Under the pieces are notes generated by a model. That model did no database searches. It was not told where the DNA came from and saw nothing but the letters and a program-made list of their open reading frames with translations. Both the position numbers and the translations under genes were made by a program. A DNA stretch of 64,000 nucleotides from an uncultured Candidatus Binatia bacterium (GTDB lineage: Bacteria > Desulfobacterota > Binatia > UBA9968 > JAJDTQ01), in NCBI GenBank assembly GCA_964291295.2, contig OZ219754.1, positions 3,296,001 to 3,360,000 on the forward strand. The letters are read 5' to 3'. This document shows positions 50,801 to 61,477 of this stretch, piece by piece. The number at the start of each line of letters is the position of its first letter. Position 1 is the stretch's first letter.

Positions 50801-53347
50801 AACATGCCGCAGACGGTGACGGTGAACGCGGGGACGGACACGGACACGACGCCGGACGCCGCCGTGACGCTGACCCACAGGGCCTCGGGGGGCGGCTACG
50901 CTTCGGTGAGCATCGCCTCGGTGGTGGTGAGCGTGACGGAGAGCGGCGTGGTGCCGGCGAAGCCGACGGGCCTGGCGGCGGCGGCGGGGGACGGTTCGGT
51001 GACGCTGAGCTGGACGGACGCGGGCAATCCGACCATCACGAAGTGGCAATACCGGCAGAAGGCCGGCGGCAAGTCCTGGGACGATTGGACGGACATTGGG
51101 GGCTCCGGAGCGAGCACCACAAGCTACGAGGTGAGCGGGCTGACCAACGGCACCGCGTATCAGTTCGAGGTGCGCGCGGTGAACGGTGCCGGCAACGGCG
51201 CTGGCCCGGATGCGCCGGTGAGCGCGACGCCGACGGGCGCCACGCCGCCATCCACGCCTCCCGGGACAACGCCGACGCCGCCTGCGGCGGTCGGGAGCGG
51301 GAGCGTGCGGGTGACGCCGGCGGCGCTGACGGTGGAGGAGGGCGGCACCGGGAGTTACACGGTGGTGCTGGGTGCGGAGCCCGCGGGGACGGTGACGGTG
51401 ACGGTGGGCGGGGCATCGGGGGAGGTGACGGTGGTGCCGCGGCGCCTGAGCTTCACGGTGTCGAACTGGAGCGAGCCGCAGCGGGTGACGGTGAGCGCGG
51501 CTCGTGATGCGGACACGGCGGACGACAGGGCGACGCTGACGCACGGAGCGAGGGGCGGGGGCTACGATTCGGTGAGCATCGCCTCGGTGGTGGTGCGGGT
51601 GAGGGACACGACGCCGGTGCTGAGTCTGGAGACGGACCCGGCGGCGGTGAGCGAGGGGGAGGACATCCGCCTTGTGGTGACCTCGGACCGTGCGCTGACG
51701 GGCAATCTGACGGTGAGCCTGACGCTGGCGGCGCGCGACGGCAGCGGCTTCGATGCGGAGGACCTTCCGGGGGGACTGGGGCCGCGTTCGTTGGATGCGG
51801 TGTTCGGCGCCACGGCGAGCCGGAGGGGAGTGGTGATGATCCCCACCCGCACGGATGGAGAGGTGGAAGGCCGGGAGTCGTACGGCATCAGGCTGAACGC
51901 GGCGGAGGGCTATGCGGTGGGGGTGGATGCGGAGGCGGAGGGAGTTCTGGAAGAGGGTTCGTCGGAGGGGGCGGATCGGGTGAACCGTGCGATCCTGCCG
52001 CAGGTGGCGGCGATGGCGCTGTCGCAGACGCTGGAGGCGGTGACGAGGCGGATCGAAGCGGTGTCGGATGGCGGTGCGGGCGGTGCGGTGCGTTTTGGAG
52101 CGGCGCCGGGGAAGGCGGTGGAGGAGGAGTGGGTTGGCTTGGGAGACCCGGGGCAACAGGGACCGGGCTTGCGGGAGATGCTGGACGGGGCCTCCTTCGC
52201 GCTGCCGCTGGGTGCTGCGGGGGCGGGAGCGGTGGCGGCGCCGGCGTTGTGGGGAGTGGGCGAGTGGCGGTCGCTGTCGGGTTCGGAGCGGGATCTTTCC
52301 TGGGAGGGCGGGCTGTGGTCGGGGTATCTGGGGGCGGACGTTCGGGTTCGCCCGGACCTGCTGGCGGGGGCGGCGGTGTCGTATGCGAAGGGCAAGGTGG
52401 ATGCGGTGTCGAAGAGGGGCGACCGGACGAAAAGCAGGCACGAGAGCCGGGTGGTGTCGGTGAATCCGTATCTGGCGTGGCTGCGTGCGGACGGCACGAC
52501 GCTGTGGGCCAGCGCGGGTTACGGGAGGGGCGAGGTGCGGATCGCCGAGGCGGGAGCGGCGGCGCGCACGGCGGACCTGTCGCAATGGAGTGGGGCCGCG
52601 GGCGGGCGCGGGGTTCTGATGGAGGATACGGAGATCATTGCCGGGGGCACCACGCGAGTGGCGGTGAAGGGGGAGGGCTCCCTGGTCCAACTGGGCACGG
52701 AGGCCGGCGACGGTCTGACGGAGTTGACGGTGAAGGCGAGCCGACTGCGGCTGATGGTGGAGGGGACGTGGGAGCACCGGGTCGGGGGCGATGCGACGCT
52801 GACGCCGGCACTGGAAGTGGGCGTGCGTCATGACGACGGCGACGTTGGGCAGGGCGGCGGGGTGGAGGTGGGGGCCGGCGTGATCTGGCGCGACCCGGGT
52901 GCCCGTCTGACCGCGGAGTTGCGCGCCCGGATGCTGGCGGTGCACGAGCGGGACCGGAAGGAATGGGGCGTGAGCGCCCTGGTGATCCTGGACCCCGGGG
53001 CGGACGGTCGGGGGAGCTATCTGAGCTTCGGCCCGGCCCACGGTCGCACGGCAAGCGGTGTGAGGGGGTTGTTCGACTACGGTCCGGCCACGGACAGCGG
53101 GGCGGGGGCGGAGGAGAGCCGTCTGGAGGCGGAGATGGGGCACGGCATCGGCATCGCCGGCCCGGCGCCGCTGGCGCTGCTGACGCCTTATGCCGGGCTC
53201 AGCCTGGCGGAGTCGGGCGAGCGCACGCTGCGCCTGGGTGCGCGCTACCGCCTGGGCTCGGGGGTCGCCCTGGGAATCGAGGGCACAAGCCGGCCCTGGA
53301 CCAACGGCGAGCAGAGCCTCATGCTGCGCGGTGCGCTGCGCTGGTGA
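47831..53347 (+). CDS. autotransporter adhesin with FN3 and Calx-beta/Ig-like repeats
   Basis: Signal-like LAVLFLIALAAVLAPQDAQA, repeated PAKPTGL.A..GDGQVTLSW FN3 units, TYTV.L...P / TLTH Ig units, C-terminal beta-barrel ending in LRW. True start is probably 47802, across the C tract. Confidence 0.9.
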   Translation: MRPAAVRAGRERLAREPHTPPPPEHSGNRCSDSRHCEQTGRGAEPVGALERTARRLKAGLAVLFLIALAAVLAPQDAQAQAQAPVLTATPGDGQVTLSWTLSSTGVGTKWGYKINGGGFTWAGTPIAIPGSNAGTRSHMVTGLTNGTSYQFIVYLQTATNTAYRQSGQVSATPNPPTAGVTLSKTSLTMIEGSSDTYTVKLDKAPTANVTITVSGASGDVSVMGSPLTFTPSNFGTAQTITVNAASDGDTTDDTATLTHAASSSDTAYGASLEIDDVDVTVTDTTPTFQLLTDPAAVTEGTDISLTVTSDRSIFGNWPVRLTLAARSSSTFTAADIAGTLGPREFTANFGSTNAFGSPVPGTTGTVTIPTSTDSATEGAEAYRITLSQRTTNVTYAVGTDATADGTLNDAAATGPTITLTAAPGDRQVTLSWTYTNDDGEAFDHWRYAQKKGGGSYNGLGEEMPGGKAIRTHTVTGLENGAAYTFKVTRGVTSPPPVRIQTTAPPYSNEVTATPAGSPAKPTGLSAEAGNGQVTLSWTDPEDDSITGYQVQQRKGSAAWGSWTDISGSDADTTNHTVTGLDNDSAYRFRIRAQNGGGNSAASAVVRATPAEPATAPAKPTGLGATKGDTWVYLTWTDPGDASITRWEYRQKAGTGNYGSWMRMTGSGAATVKHQIPGLKNGTVYAFRIRAVNGNGNGAASEEVTATPNPPVAPVLTAATSTTNRNLTLTWTHAGSTAVDYIDGGGASAVWWQTGHRLKGSTTWTAYGGNVSTARGNSRRTSSALLGSAAPYPNRASVEVAIRASGDSLLLGRSDVKGPWSNERTVTFMNTGTNALTITGAPVTVAPGSTAVYRVALTKAYAGTLSVESDDTDTATVSPPSLTFTVDNYSTAQDVTVTGVKNGTATINHAFRLTGATVDAIPDAGTVDVTVADAPGVTVSTAALTVAEGGSNTYTMRLNTAPSSDVTIMVDGASGDVTVANATLTFTTVNWNMPQTVTVNAGTDTDTTPDAAVTLTHRASGGGYASVSIASVVVSVTESGVVPAKPTGLAAAAGDGSVTLSWTDAGNPTITKWQYRQKAGGKSWDDWTDIGGSGASTTSYEVSGLTNGTAYQFEVRAVNGAGNGAGPDAPVSATPTGATPPSTPPGTTPTPPAAVGSGSVRVTPAALTVEEGGTGSYTVVLGAEPAGTVTVTVGGASGEVTVVPRRLSFTVSNWSEPQRVTVSAARDADTADDRATLTHGARGGGYDSVSIASVVVRVRDTTPVLSLETDPAAVSEGEDIRLVVTSDRALTGNLTVSLTLAARDGSGFDAEDLPGGLGPRSLDAVFGATASRRGVVMIPTRTDGEVEGRESYGIRLNAAEGYAVGVDAEAEGVLEEGSSEGADRVNRAILPQVAAMALSQTLEAVTRRIEAVSDGGAGGAVRFGAAPGKAVEEEWVGLGDPGQQGPGLREMLDGASFALPLGAAGAGAVAAPALWGVGEWRSLSGSERDLSWEGGLWSGYLGADVRVRPDLLAGAAVSYAKGKVDAVSKRGDRTKSRHESRVVSVNPYLAWLRADGTTLWASAGYGRGEVRIAEAGAAARTADLSQWSGAAGGRGVLMEDTEIIAGGTTRVAVKGEGSLVQLGTEAGDGLTELTVKASRLRLMVEGTWEHRVGGDATLTPALEVGVRHDDGDVGQGGGVEVGAGVIWRDPGARLTAELRARMLAVHERDRKEWGVSALVILDPGADGRGSYLSFGPAHGRTASGVRGLFDYGPATDSGAGAEESRLEAEMGHGIGIAGPAPLALLTPYAGLSLAESGERTLRLGARYRLGSGVALGIEGTSRPWTNGEQSLMLRGALRW
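47886..47899 (+). repeat. C14 homopolymer in the autotransporter 5' region
   Basis: ccata-C14-gagc. Confidence 0.95.
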
Positions 53348-53538
53348 GGATCGCGACCGACCCGTGGCTGGAGGGAGGGGATTTCGCCGCGGCCGCGGCC
53401 CCGTCCGATCAGAGTCAGCAGCCTGATCCTGGTGGTGGAATCCAGGTTCCGCCGGGCCGGCGTCGGAATGCGAGCGCCGCCCCGATCCGGTTCAATGGAA
53501 TTTCTTCCCCGGCACCGGAGAGGTTCCGCCGCGGCGGA

Positions 53539-54520
53539 TCAGAAGGGCAGGGTGTGGACTGCGGCGGGGATTGCCAGGTCTCCGTGTCCGATGGTGACCC
53601 GGCTGCCAGGCTCGACGTAGTCCCGGTGGAGGTATCCCGGGGCGATGGGGCAACCGAGCCGTGGCGAGGCTGACACGCTGGTGATGCGGCCCATGTCGCG
53701 GTCGGCGCCGCGCAGGGTGTCTCGGGGGTGGGGTACGATGTCGTGAGCCCCACCAGCCGGCGGTTCACGTGGCCTCGGGAGTGAATGCGCTCCACCGTCT
53801 CCTGTCCCGGATCGCATCCTTTGGTGAAGCGGACGGCGTGCTGGAGAGCGGTTTCCAGCAGCAGCGTGTCGGCGTCCATATCGACCCCGTACCGTGGGAC
53901 CCCGGCCTCGATGCGCAGAGTCTCCCTTGGCGTTCAGGCCGATCCAGGGGATCGGCCTGAACGAGCGGCAGTGCCATTCGGACCGGCGCTTCATGTAGAG
54001 ACGCCACGCGGGTGGCCCGCGCGCGCGGCAGGGCCATCATGGCCGGCCGCCGATCCCGGGGTACCCGCAGGTCGAAACCGGGCTCCCCCGTATGCGTCGC
54101 GCGCACCGCCCGGATCCGGCTTCCGGCACAGACCCTCTCCCGGTGGCCCCGTTCTTCCGCTGGCAACACAGCGGCGTCCAGCAGCCCTGAGAGGCGAGTT
54201 TCCGAAGCCGGTCCCTGGATGGAGATCATGGCCAGCTCGCCCGAAAACTCGACAATCTCCACCTACAATCTCCACTTGGTCCGCCATCCGGTGGCGGTGG
54301 AGGTGTTCCAGCACACCCGGTGCGAGGAGTTCGTCCACCTCCCGCAGAAAGCCGCCGGCGGTGCGCAACACCCTCACGTCGGCCAGGATCTTTCCCTGAA
54401 TGTTCAGGATCGCCGCCGCCATGCCCTGGCCGGTGCCCAGGGCCGCGACGTCGTTGGAGAGCATTCCCTGGAGCCACCCGACGCTGTCGGGTCCGGCCAC
54501 GGACAGAAGGGCCTGAAAGT
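53539..54520 (-). pseudogene. YgfZ/GcvT-like folate-binding protein, multiply frameshifted
   Basis: WLQGMLSNDV, ILNIQGKILAD / SIQGP, TGEPGFD / KGCDPGQE, RIHSRGHVNRRLVGL / GRITS..SPRLG..GYL spread over several frames. Confidence 0.85.
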
Positions 54521-54534
54521 CCGTAACATGGTGG

Positions 54535-54563
54535 TTGACAAGGGATATCATTGATGATAATTT
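54535..54563 (+). promoter_or_regulatory. sigma70 promoter for the sigma factor gene
   Basis: TTGACA-17 bp-TAATTT with an extended TGn. Confidence 0.6.
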
Positions 54564-54826
54564 GGGCTATTGCTGGTTATCCTCAAGGACCAATGCTCAG
54601 AGCGCTGCTCAGTTCAGCGTTCAGTCCTGACGGGTCCGCAGGGACTGTCTCAACGCACAATTGCGAATTCGTGCCCGTTCCGCAACCCCTCCGGCCGTGA
54701 TCCGGGGCATCAGCGGTCTTGCGCGGGCCGAAGATTTCGACTGGTGGATTGTTGGCTTGCCGGGTGCTTCAAGGGAGCTTCGCCCCTTGGATGACGGCGT
54801 GATGAACACCGTGGAAGCCGAGACTG

Positions 54827-56347
54827 ATGGAGAGAGCCTTGAACATCCAGGACACCGAGGAGGCGATGGACGACTCAATCGACGAGCTTGACGATATTGC
54901 CATAGGCGAGGTCGAAGACGAAGAGCAGCCCGCGTCCCTCTCCGAGGAGTCCTCGTCGAGTCAGGTCCCGGCTGACGACGATCGGGTGGACGAAAAGACC
55001 GACCCGGTTTCGCTGTACCTTCGCGACATCGGCTCGACGCCGCTGTTGACCAGAGAACGCGAAGTCCAGCTCGGGATGCAGATGGAGCAGGGGCAGGCGG
55101 AGTACCTCGACAGCGTCATCGCCTCGCCGTTCGCCGTTCTCCGGGTGCTCAAGCTCGCCGAGGAGATCAAGAGCAACGCAGCCCCGCTGGACCGGGTGTT
55201 GATGGCCGGCGATGCCGGGGAAGCGTTCAACGAGACCATCGAGCGCCGGCGGTTTCTCAAAGGGGTCACGGCGCTGCGGGCACTGCTAAGGGACAAGAAG
55301 CGCATCAAGGGGGAGTTGGGTCGGAAACGGACTTCCCGGAAGCGCCGGGTGGCGTTGGAGGCGGACCTCGTCAAGAAGGAGGCCCGCATCGTCGATACGG
55401 TGAAGGCGCTGCGGCTGTCCAAGGAATGGATCGACGACATCGGGAACCACCTCAAGGAGTCGCACCGGAACCTGGTCACCCTGCAGGCCAAGGCTCGAGG
55501 TCGCAGCCGCGGCAACGCGGCCAGGCAGACCGCCGCCGAGATAGCGGCCATCGAGGACACTCACGAATCCTCCGCTGACGACATCGCGCGCCAGGTGGAA
55601 GCCATAGCCGCCGCCGAGTTCAAGGCCTCATCGGCAAAGAAGATCCTCATCGAGGCCAACCTGCGCCTGGTGGTGAGCCTTGCGAAGAAGTACGGCAATC
55701 GCGGCCTTCAGTTCCTGGACCTGATTCAGGAAGGCAATGTGGGCCTCATGCGGGCGGCGGAGAAATTCGACTATCGGCTGGGCTACCGGTTTTCGACATA
55801 CGCCGGCTGGTGGATCCGCCAGAGCATCACCCGCGGCATCATCGATTCCGCGCCGACCATTCGCATCCCGGTCCACATGATCGAGACCCGAAACAAGCTC
55901 ATCCGCGCGAATCGGTCGCTGTACCGCAAGCTCGGACGGGATCCGCAGCCGGACGAGGTGGCCGCCGAGATGGGACTGACCACCGACGAGATTCGCCGGC
56001 TGATGCGTATCGTCAAGGAGCCGGTGTCCCTGGAGACTCCCATGGGCGACGACGACGAAAGCCGGCTCGGCGACTTCGTGGAAGACAAGCACATTCTCAA
56101 GCCGGTGGAACAGACGATTCACGCCGACCTGCGCGACAAGGTGAAGCGGGAGCTGGCCAAGCTGCCGCCCAGGGAGGAGGCGGTGCTGCGGTTCCGCTTC
56201 GGCATCGGGGAGGTGCGGGACTACACCCTCGAAGAACTGGGCGAGCGGTTCTCGCTCACGAGAGAACGCATTCGCCAGATCGAGCAACGCGCCCTGAGAA
56301 AGCTCCGGACCAACATGGCGGTGTCGGGACTGAACCTTCAGGACTGA
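54827..56347 (+). CDS. RpoD/SigA-like sigma70 factor (paralog without a full region 1.1)
   Basis: [11 protein letters not shown] (1.2), non-conserved region, [40 protein letters not shown]. Confidence 0.93.
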   Translation: MERALNIQDTEEAMDDSIDELDDIAIGEVEDEEQPASLSEESSSSQVPADDDRVDEKTDPVSLYLRDIGSTPLLTREREVQLGMQMEQGQAEYLDSVIASPFAVLRVLKLAEEIKSNAAPLDRVLMAGDAGEAFNETIERRRFLKGVTALRALLRDKKRIKGELGRKRTSRKRRVALEADLVKKEARIVDTVKALRLSKEWIDDIGNHLKESHRNLVTLQAKARGRSRGNAARQTAAEIAAIEDTHESSADDIARQVEAIAAAEFKASSAKKILIEANLRLVVSLAKKYGNRGLQFLDLIQEGNVGLMRAAEKFDYRLGYRFSTYAGWWIRQSITRGIIDSAPTIRIPVHMIETRNKLIRANRSLYRKLGRDPQPDEVAAEMGLTTDEIRRLMRIVKEPVSLETPMGDDDESRLGDFVEDKHILKPVEQTIHADLRDKVKRELAKLPPREEAVLRFRFGIGEVRDYTLEELGERFSLTRERIRQIEQRALRKLRTNMAVSGLNLQD

Positions 56348-56526
56348 CGCCTCCCCCGCCAACGGAACCGCGCCACGCCGCGAACGGCGGAACCGTCCTT
56401 TCCGGACAGCCACCTCCATCAAGCATCGCACCGAGCGGCGTTGACATGGGAGTGCGGGGGGCTCGGAGGCCAAGAGCCCGGTGGTTTCCCGGCACGGCCT
56501 CCCTGCTCCCCTGCCCCGCTCGCGTG

Positions 56527-57081
56527 TCAAGTCGATCCGTGCGCCAGACGCACCGTGCTGGCCTGTGGCCCCTGCAGGCCCTCTTCTTCGGTAAAGTGGA
56601 CCGGCGTGCCCGGCGTCAGGCGTTCGAATCCGTCCAGGACGCTGTTCTCGTGGAAATAGATCTCGCGGCCGTCACGGGTCTCGATGAAGCCGTAGCCCTT
56701 GGCGGCAAAAAGCCTGCTCACCCGGGCCGAGGGCTCCGCCGCATGGGCCTTCACCTCGCCGCGCCGGCGTTGCGCATATTCCTGGACGCGCCGCCTGGCC
56801 GCATCGAAAGCGTCGCGTATGGCCACATGAATGTCGTGGTGCTCCGCAGCCTGGCTGTTGTCACGGTTCACCACCAACTCTCCACCGGGCACCGTCAAAT
56901 CGATGCGAACATTGTAGAGCTTGCCCTTGTGACGGTGACGGTGCGGGGCGGCCACCACGACCCGGCAACCCGTGATCCGGTCATGAAAGCGATCGAGCTT
57001 GGCCGCCTTGTCGCGAATGGCCTGCTCGATCTCGTGAGAGGGCTCCATGTCGCGAAAGGTCACTTGAAGTTCGAGTTTCAT
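56527..57081 (-). CDS. HPF/RaiA ribosome-associated protein fused to a cold-shock-like domain
   Basis: QVTFRDM...YNVRIDLTVPG...AIRDAFDAARRR, then GYGFIET..EIYFHENSV...GPQA; GGAGG RBS. Confidence 0.9.
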   Translation of the reverse strand: MKLELQVTFRDMEPSHEIEQAIRDKAAKLDRFHDRITGCRVVVAAPHRHRHKGKLYNVRIDLTVPGGELVVNRDNSQAAEHHDIHVAIRDAFDAARRRVQEYAQRRRGEVKAHAAEPSARVSRLFAAKGYGFIETRDGREIYFHENSVLDGFERLTPGTPVHFTEEEGLQGPQASTVRLAHGST

Positions 57082-57283
57082 CGGCGCCTCCCTCCTGGTC
57101 TCTCTTTCTCTCCTCCTTCTCTTTCTATAACCCGCAGCGATACCGCGTCAATTGCCTTTCATTCGGAACCGGCCTCCGCGCCCGCCACCACGGGCCTTTC
57201 CCGGACGGCGGATGACAGTGCGGCTCCTGCGAGCCGCGCCGCCCGGGACTGGAGCGGCTGGAACAAGCCCGGGCCACCAAGTG

Positions 57284-58036
57284 TCATTCATCCAGCATCT
57301 CCGCCAGGTCGGCCACGACGATGTCGGCGCCGTTCTCGCGAAGGGCTTCAGCGTCGTCATGCCGGTCCACGCCGATGACCAGACCGAAGCCGCCCCGGTG
57401 CCCGGCCTGAACACCGGAAAGCGCATCCTCCACCACCACCGCTCTCTCCGGGCGCACCCCCAACTCCTCGGCGGCCCTGAGGTAGGTGTCCGGCGCGGGC
57501 TTTCCGAGAATCTTCAACCGATGGGCGATCTCCCCGTCCATCCTGACGTCGAACAGCTCCTCGATGGCCGCGGCCGCCATGATGGTCTGGCAGTTCCTGC
57601 TGGATGACACCACCGCCGTTCTGAACCCCTGGCCTCGGAGCGCCCTGGCCCAGCGGATGGTCCCGTCGTAGGTTTCCACCCCTTCCGCGGTCAGCAGCTC
57701 GTTGAACAGCCGATCCTTGCGGTTGCCCAGGCCGCACAGCGTCGCCACCCCCGGCGGATCGTCCGGATCGCCACCGGGCAACTCGATTCCCCTGGACTCC
57801 AGGAAGCTCCGCACCCCGTCATAACGGGGTTTGCCGTCCACATGACGCTTGTAATCGCTATCGATGTCGAACGGTACGAAGGTGCCGCCGAGATCGGCTG
57901 CACGTTGCCGGAGGAACTCATCGAACATTTTTTTCCAGCACAGCGAGTGAACCCGCGCGGTGGATGTCAGCACGCCGTCGAGATCGAACAGCACGGCGTC
58001 GTAGTCGTCCGTGGTCACGCGTGGATGAGAGCTCAT
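57284..58036 (-). CDS. beta-phosphoglucomutase-like HAD hydrolase
   Basis: [36 protein letters not shown]. Confidence 0.9.
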   Translation of the reverse strand: MSSHPRVTTDDYDAVLFDLDGVLTSTARVHSLCWKKMFDEFLRQRAADLGGTFVPFDIDSDYKRHVDGKPRYDGVRSFLESRGIELPGGDPDDPPGVATLCGLGNRKDRLFNELLTAEGVETYDGTIRWARALRGQGFRTAVVSSSRNCQTIMAAAAIEELFDVRMDGEIAHRLKILGKPAPDTYLRAAEELGVRPERAVVVEDALSGVQAGHRGGFGLVIGVDRHDDAEALRENGADIVVADLAEMLDE

Positions 58037-58698
58037 GATGCAGACTCGTTCAGCTGCGAGAGGATCGCGCCGCGCACGTCCTCGACCCGGCCCACTCCCG
58101 ATACCCTGATGTATCGAGGCGCCGCCAAGCCATCCCGGCCCTGCCGCCGGGTATAGTAATCGATCAGCGGAGCGGTCTGTTCGTTGTAGACCTCCAGCCG
58201 CCGGCGAACCGTCTCCTCCCGATCGTCGTCTCGCTGGACCAGAGCTTCCCCGGTAACGTCATCCTTGCCGTCGACCTTCGGCGGATTGAACGCCACGTGA
58301 TAGGTGCGCCCGGACGGCGGGTGCACACGCCTGCCGCTGAGCCGCGCGATGACCACCTCGGCCGGCACGTCGATCTCCACCACATGAGTTACCGGGATGT
58401 CATTGTCCCGCAACGCCTCGGCCTGGGCCAAGGTGCGCGGGAAGCCGTCGAAAAGAAACCCGTTGCGGCAATCCGGATCCCGTATGCGCTCCTTGATGAG
58501 CTCCACCATCACGGAGTCGGACACCAGCGCGCCGGACTCCATCACGGCCTTGACCCGCAGCCCCAGCACCGAGCCTGCCTTCACCGCCTCCCGCAGCATG
58601 TCGCCCGTGGAGATCTGCGGGATGCCGAAGGCCTCGGCAACGGAACCGGCCTGCGTTCCCTTGCCCGCTCCGGGAGGACCCAATACGATGATACGCAT
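58033..58698 (-). CDS. adk: adenylate kinase
   Basis: [45 protein letters not shown]. Confidence 0.96.
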   Translation of the reverse strand: MRIIVLGPPGAGKGTQAGSVAEAFGIPQISTGDMLREAVKAGSVLGLRVKAVMESGALVSDSVMVELIKERIRDPDCRNGFLFDGFPRTLAQAEALRDNDIPVTHVVEIDVPAEVVIARLSGRRVHPPSGRTYHVAFNPPKVDGKDDVTGEALVQRDDDREETVRRRLEVYNEQTAPLIDYYTRRQGRDGLAAPRYIRVSGVGRVEDVRGAILSQLNESAS

Positions 58699-59152
58699 CA
58701 ACGCGCTCTCCAGTCGCCGCTCGCGCGGCCGGCGCTGACGCCCTCGGCCGAACATGGACGGAATTTCGGGAGGCTCCGGCGTGTGAGACTCCATACCGGC
58801 ATCCTGGCGGGTGAACCCTCAAAAGGTCAAGAAAACCAGTAACATGAAAACCCTGCCCCATCAAGGCGGGGACCTGTCCCACGCTGTGGAGATGCCGATG
58901 AAGCAAGCCGGGTTGCTTCAGACAGTCCAGGTTTCTTGATGAATCCGCCGGCCCGCGTCGTCTCAAGGACACTCCTGCTGCGGCACGGTACGCCGAACGC
59001 CCTGGGGAAAGGCTGAGGCAGAAGGTCGAGGGCGCAAAACTGGCAACCGCCCGGTGAATGCCGTACAGTGGGAAACAGTCAGAAACCGGTATGGCTTGGC
59101 AAACGAGCCGCCGCCCCTAAGCCGCCGCCCCTAAGGTGCCAGGGAGACCTTC

Positions 59153-60562
59153 ATGCCCGACCCGGGAACCGAGGACAATCCTCTCAGAACAGCCATCATC
59201 GGGTCGGGACCGGCGGGCTTCTATATCGTCGAACGATTGTTCCGCGAAAAGGGATTGCGGGTCGAGATCGACATGTTCGACGAACTGGCGACCCCGTTCG
59301 GGCTGGTGCGGGGAGGCGTCGCCCCCGATCATCAGAAGATCAAGTCGGTGGTACGGGTCTATGACCGCAACGCCCGGAATCCCGACTTTCGCTTCTACGG
59401 CAACGTGCGCTACGGCCGGCAACTCCACCTGGACGACCTCAAGGTCCACTACCACCAGATATGCTTCACCACCGGGGCCCAGACCGACCGCAGCCTCGGC
59501 ATTCCCGGGGAGGAGCTCCGGGGCAGCCACGCGGCCACCGAATTCGTCGGCTGGTACAACGGCCACCCGGACTACCGGGACCGCCGTTTCGACCTGTCCG
59601 GAGAATCCGCCGTGATCATCGGCATCGGCAATGTCGCCATCGACGTCGCCCGCATCCTGTGCCGGAGCCACCAGGAACTGGCCGTCACGGACATCGCCGA
59701 CTACGCGTTGGAAGCGCTCGCGGCAAGCCGGATCCGAAACGTTCACCTCATCGGCCGCCGGGGCCCGGCCCAGGCCGCCTTCACCAACCCCGAGATCAAG
59801 GAAATGGGTGAACTCGCCGACGCCGACGTGACGATTCCCCCGAAAGAGGCACAAATCGATGACCTCAGTCAGGCCTATGTGGACACGCACCCGGACAAGG
59901 CCCTGCTCCGCAAGATCGCGATCCTCCAAGGCTACGCCGGTCGTCCCCCCACCGGGAAGTCGCGCCGGCTCAGCATCCGTTTTCTGCTGTCGCCGGCGGA
60001 GGTCATCGGCAACGCCCAAGGCAGGGTACAAGCCATACGCCTGGTCAGGAACCAGATCTACGCCGACAACGGCTCGCTGCGGCCGCGCGCCACGGGCAAG
60101 CACGAGATCCTCCCCGCCGACATCCTCTTCCGCTCCGTGGGCTACCTCGGCGTGCCGCTTCCCGGGGTTCCCTTCGACGAACGCCGCGGGGTGATCTTCA
60201 ACGACCGGGGTCGGGTGCTGGCCGGGGACGGCAAGGAGCCGGTCCGGGGCCTCTATGCCGCCGGATGGATCAAGCGCGGACCCACCGGCGTCATCGGCAC
60301 CAACAAGCCCGATGCCGCCGAAACGGTGGACCGCATGCTGGAGGACTTGCGGGCGGGTGCGATCCTCAACCCCGCCCGGCCCGACGTGGCGGCCGCCGAG
60401 AGACTCGTGCGGGAACGGCAACCCGACTACGTTTCCTACGACGACTGGCTCCGCCTCGACCACATCGAAACCGCCCGCGGCAAGGAACATGGACGCCCGC
60501 GGATCAAGCTCACGCGCACCGAGGACATGCTCGCGGCGCTCAGGGCCGCGGACCAGCCATAG
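59153..60562 (+). CDS. ferredoxin-NADP+ reductase, adrenodoxin reductase/FprA type
   Basis: GSGPAGFY, GLVRGGVAPDH, FVGWYNGHP, GIGNVAIDVAR, GRRGP, GWIKRGPTGVIG. Confidence 0.92.
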   Translation: MPDPGTEDNPLRTAIIGSGPAGFYIVERLFREKGLRVEIDMFDELATPFGLVRGGVAPDHQKIKSVVRVYDRNARNPDFRFYGNVRYGRQLHLDDLKVHYHQICFTTGAQTDRSLGIPGEELRGSHAATEFVGWYNGHPDYRDRRFDLSGESAVIIGIGNVAIDVARILCRSHQELAVTDIADYALEALAASRIRNVHLIGRRGPAQAAFTNPEIKEMGELADADVTIPPKEAQIDDLSQAYVDTHPDKALLRKIAILQGYAGRPPTGKSRRLSIRFLLSPAEVIGNAQGRVQAIRLVRNQIYADNGSLRPRATGKHEILPADILFRSVGYLGVPLPGVPFDERRGVIFNDRGRVLAGDGKEPVRGLYAAGWIKRGPTGVIGTNKPDAAETVDRMLEDLRAGAILNPARPDVAAAERLVRERQPDYVSYDDWLRLDHIETARGKEHGRPRIKLTRTEDMLAALRAADQP

Positions 60563-60787
60563 TCCGAACACGGCGCTGGCGCGACATCGCGCTGCTCGCA
60601 ACCTCTTGATTCAACCCAGGTGATATTGATTCAGCCCCGGTGACCCCGAGGTCGATCAGACCTTCCCCTGCGCCCGCCGTCCGTCCATCGTCTCGGCCCG
60701 GATCCGCCATGCCGGCCCGTAACCAAGCCTCGACGACGAGGAGGTTCGCAATCCTTCGGGTGGTTTCGCAATGGACGGTCAACCGTT

Positions 60788-61477
60788 TCAGAGCAGCGCC
60801 GCGGCCGCGGCGTCCGCCATGATCACCGCGGATCGGGCAGGAATGCGGCCTGCGGGAATGGCCCTGTCGCCGTCACGCAGCCGCAACAGCATCTCCCGCT
60901 TGTCATCGCCGGTCACCACCCAGAGGATCCGCCGGGCGGTGTCGAGGAGCGGAAAGGTCAGAGTCATGCGACGCCGCCCCTGATAGACGCCGGTCACCGC
61001 GACCCGCGCGTCGCGGATCGCCAGTTCCGGCGCGCCCGGAACCAGGGACGCCGTATGACCGTCCGCACCGAGCCCCAGATGCACCAGATCCAGCCGGTCC
61101 GACGGCTCGGTCAGACGCCGGAGGGTATCGGCATACTCCCGGGCCGCCACGGCGAGGTCCGCCGCCTCCACCGGCATGGCGTGTATCCGCCCGGGGTCGA
61201 GCGGCACCCGCCCCAGCAGGCATTCCCGCAAGTGCGTGAGGTTCCGGTCCGCATGGCCCTCCGGTGCCACCCGTTCGTCCACCTGCACGACCTCCACCGC
61301 CTGCCAGGGAACGTCCTCGCGCGCCAGCGCCCGCAGCATGATCCAAGGGGTGCGGCCGCCGCTTGCCGCGAACACGAACCGGCCGCGTGTGTTCACCGCC
61401 GCGCGCGCGGCCTCGGCGATGAATGCGGCCGCCCGTTGTGCCACGGCCTCGGCATCGGGCAACACCTCGATGTTCAT
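60788..61477 (-). CDS. pgl: 6-phosphogluconolactonase
   Basis: SGGRTP, VDERV, LGLGADGHTASL, RMTLT. Confidence 0.9.
   Translation of the reverse strand: MNIEVLPDAEAVAQRAAAFIAEAARAAVNTRGRFVFAASGGRTPWIMLRALAREDVPWQAVEVVQVDERVAPEGHADRNLTHLRECLLGRVPLDPGRIHAMPVEAADLAVAAREYADTLRRLTEPSDRLDLVHLGLGADGHTASLVPGAPELAIRDARVAVTGVYQGRRRMTLTFPLLDTARRILWVVTGDDKREMLLRLRDGDRAIPAGRIPARSAVIMADAAAAALL

Noticed and set aside
58899-58920. Inverted repeat tgaagcaa-N6-ttgcttca as a regulator site
   Set aside because: A single occurrence with no regulator or second site to support it.
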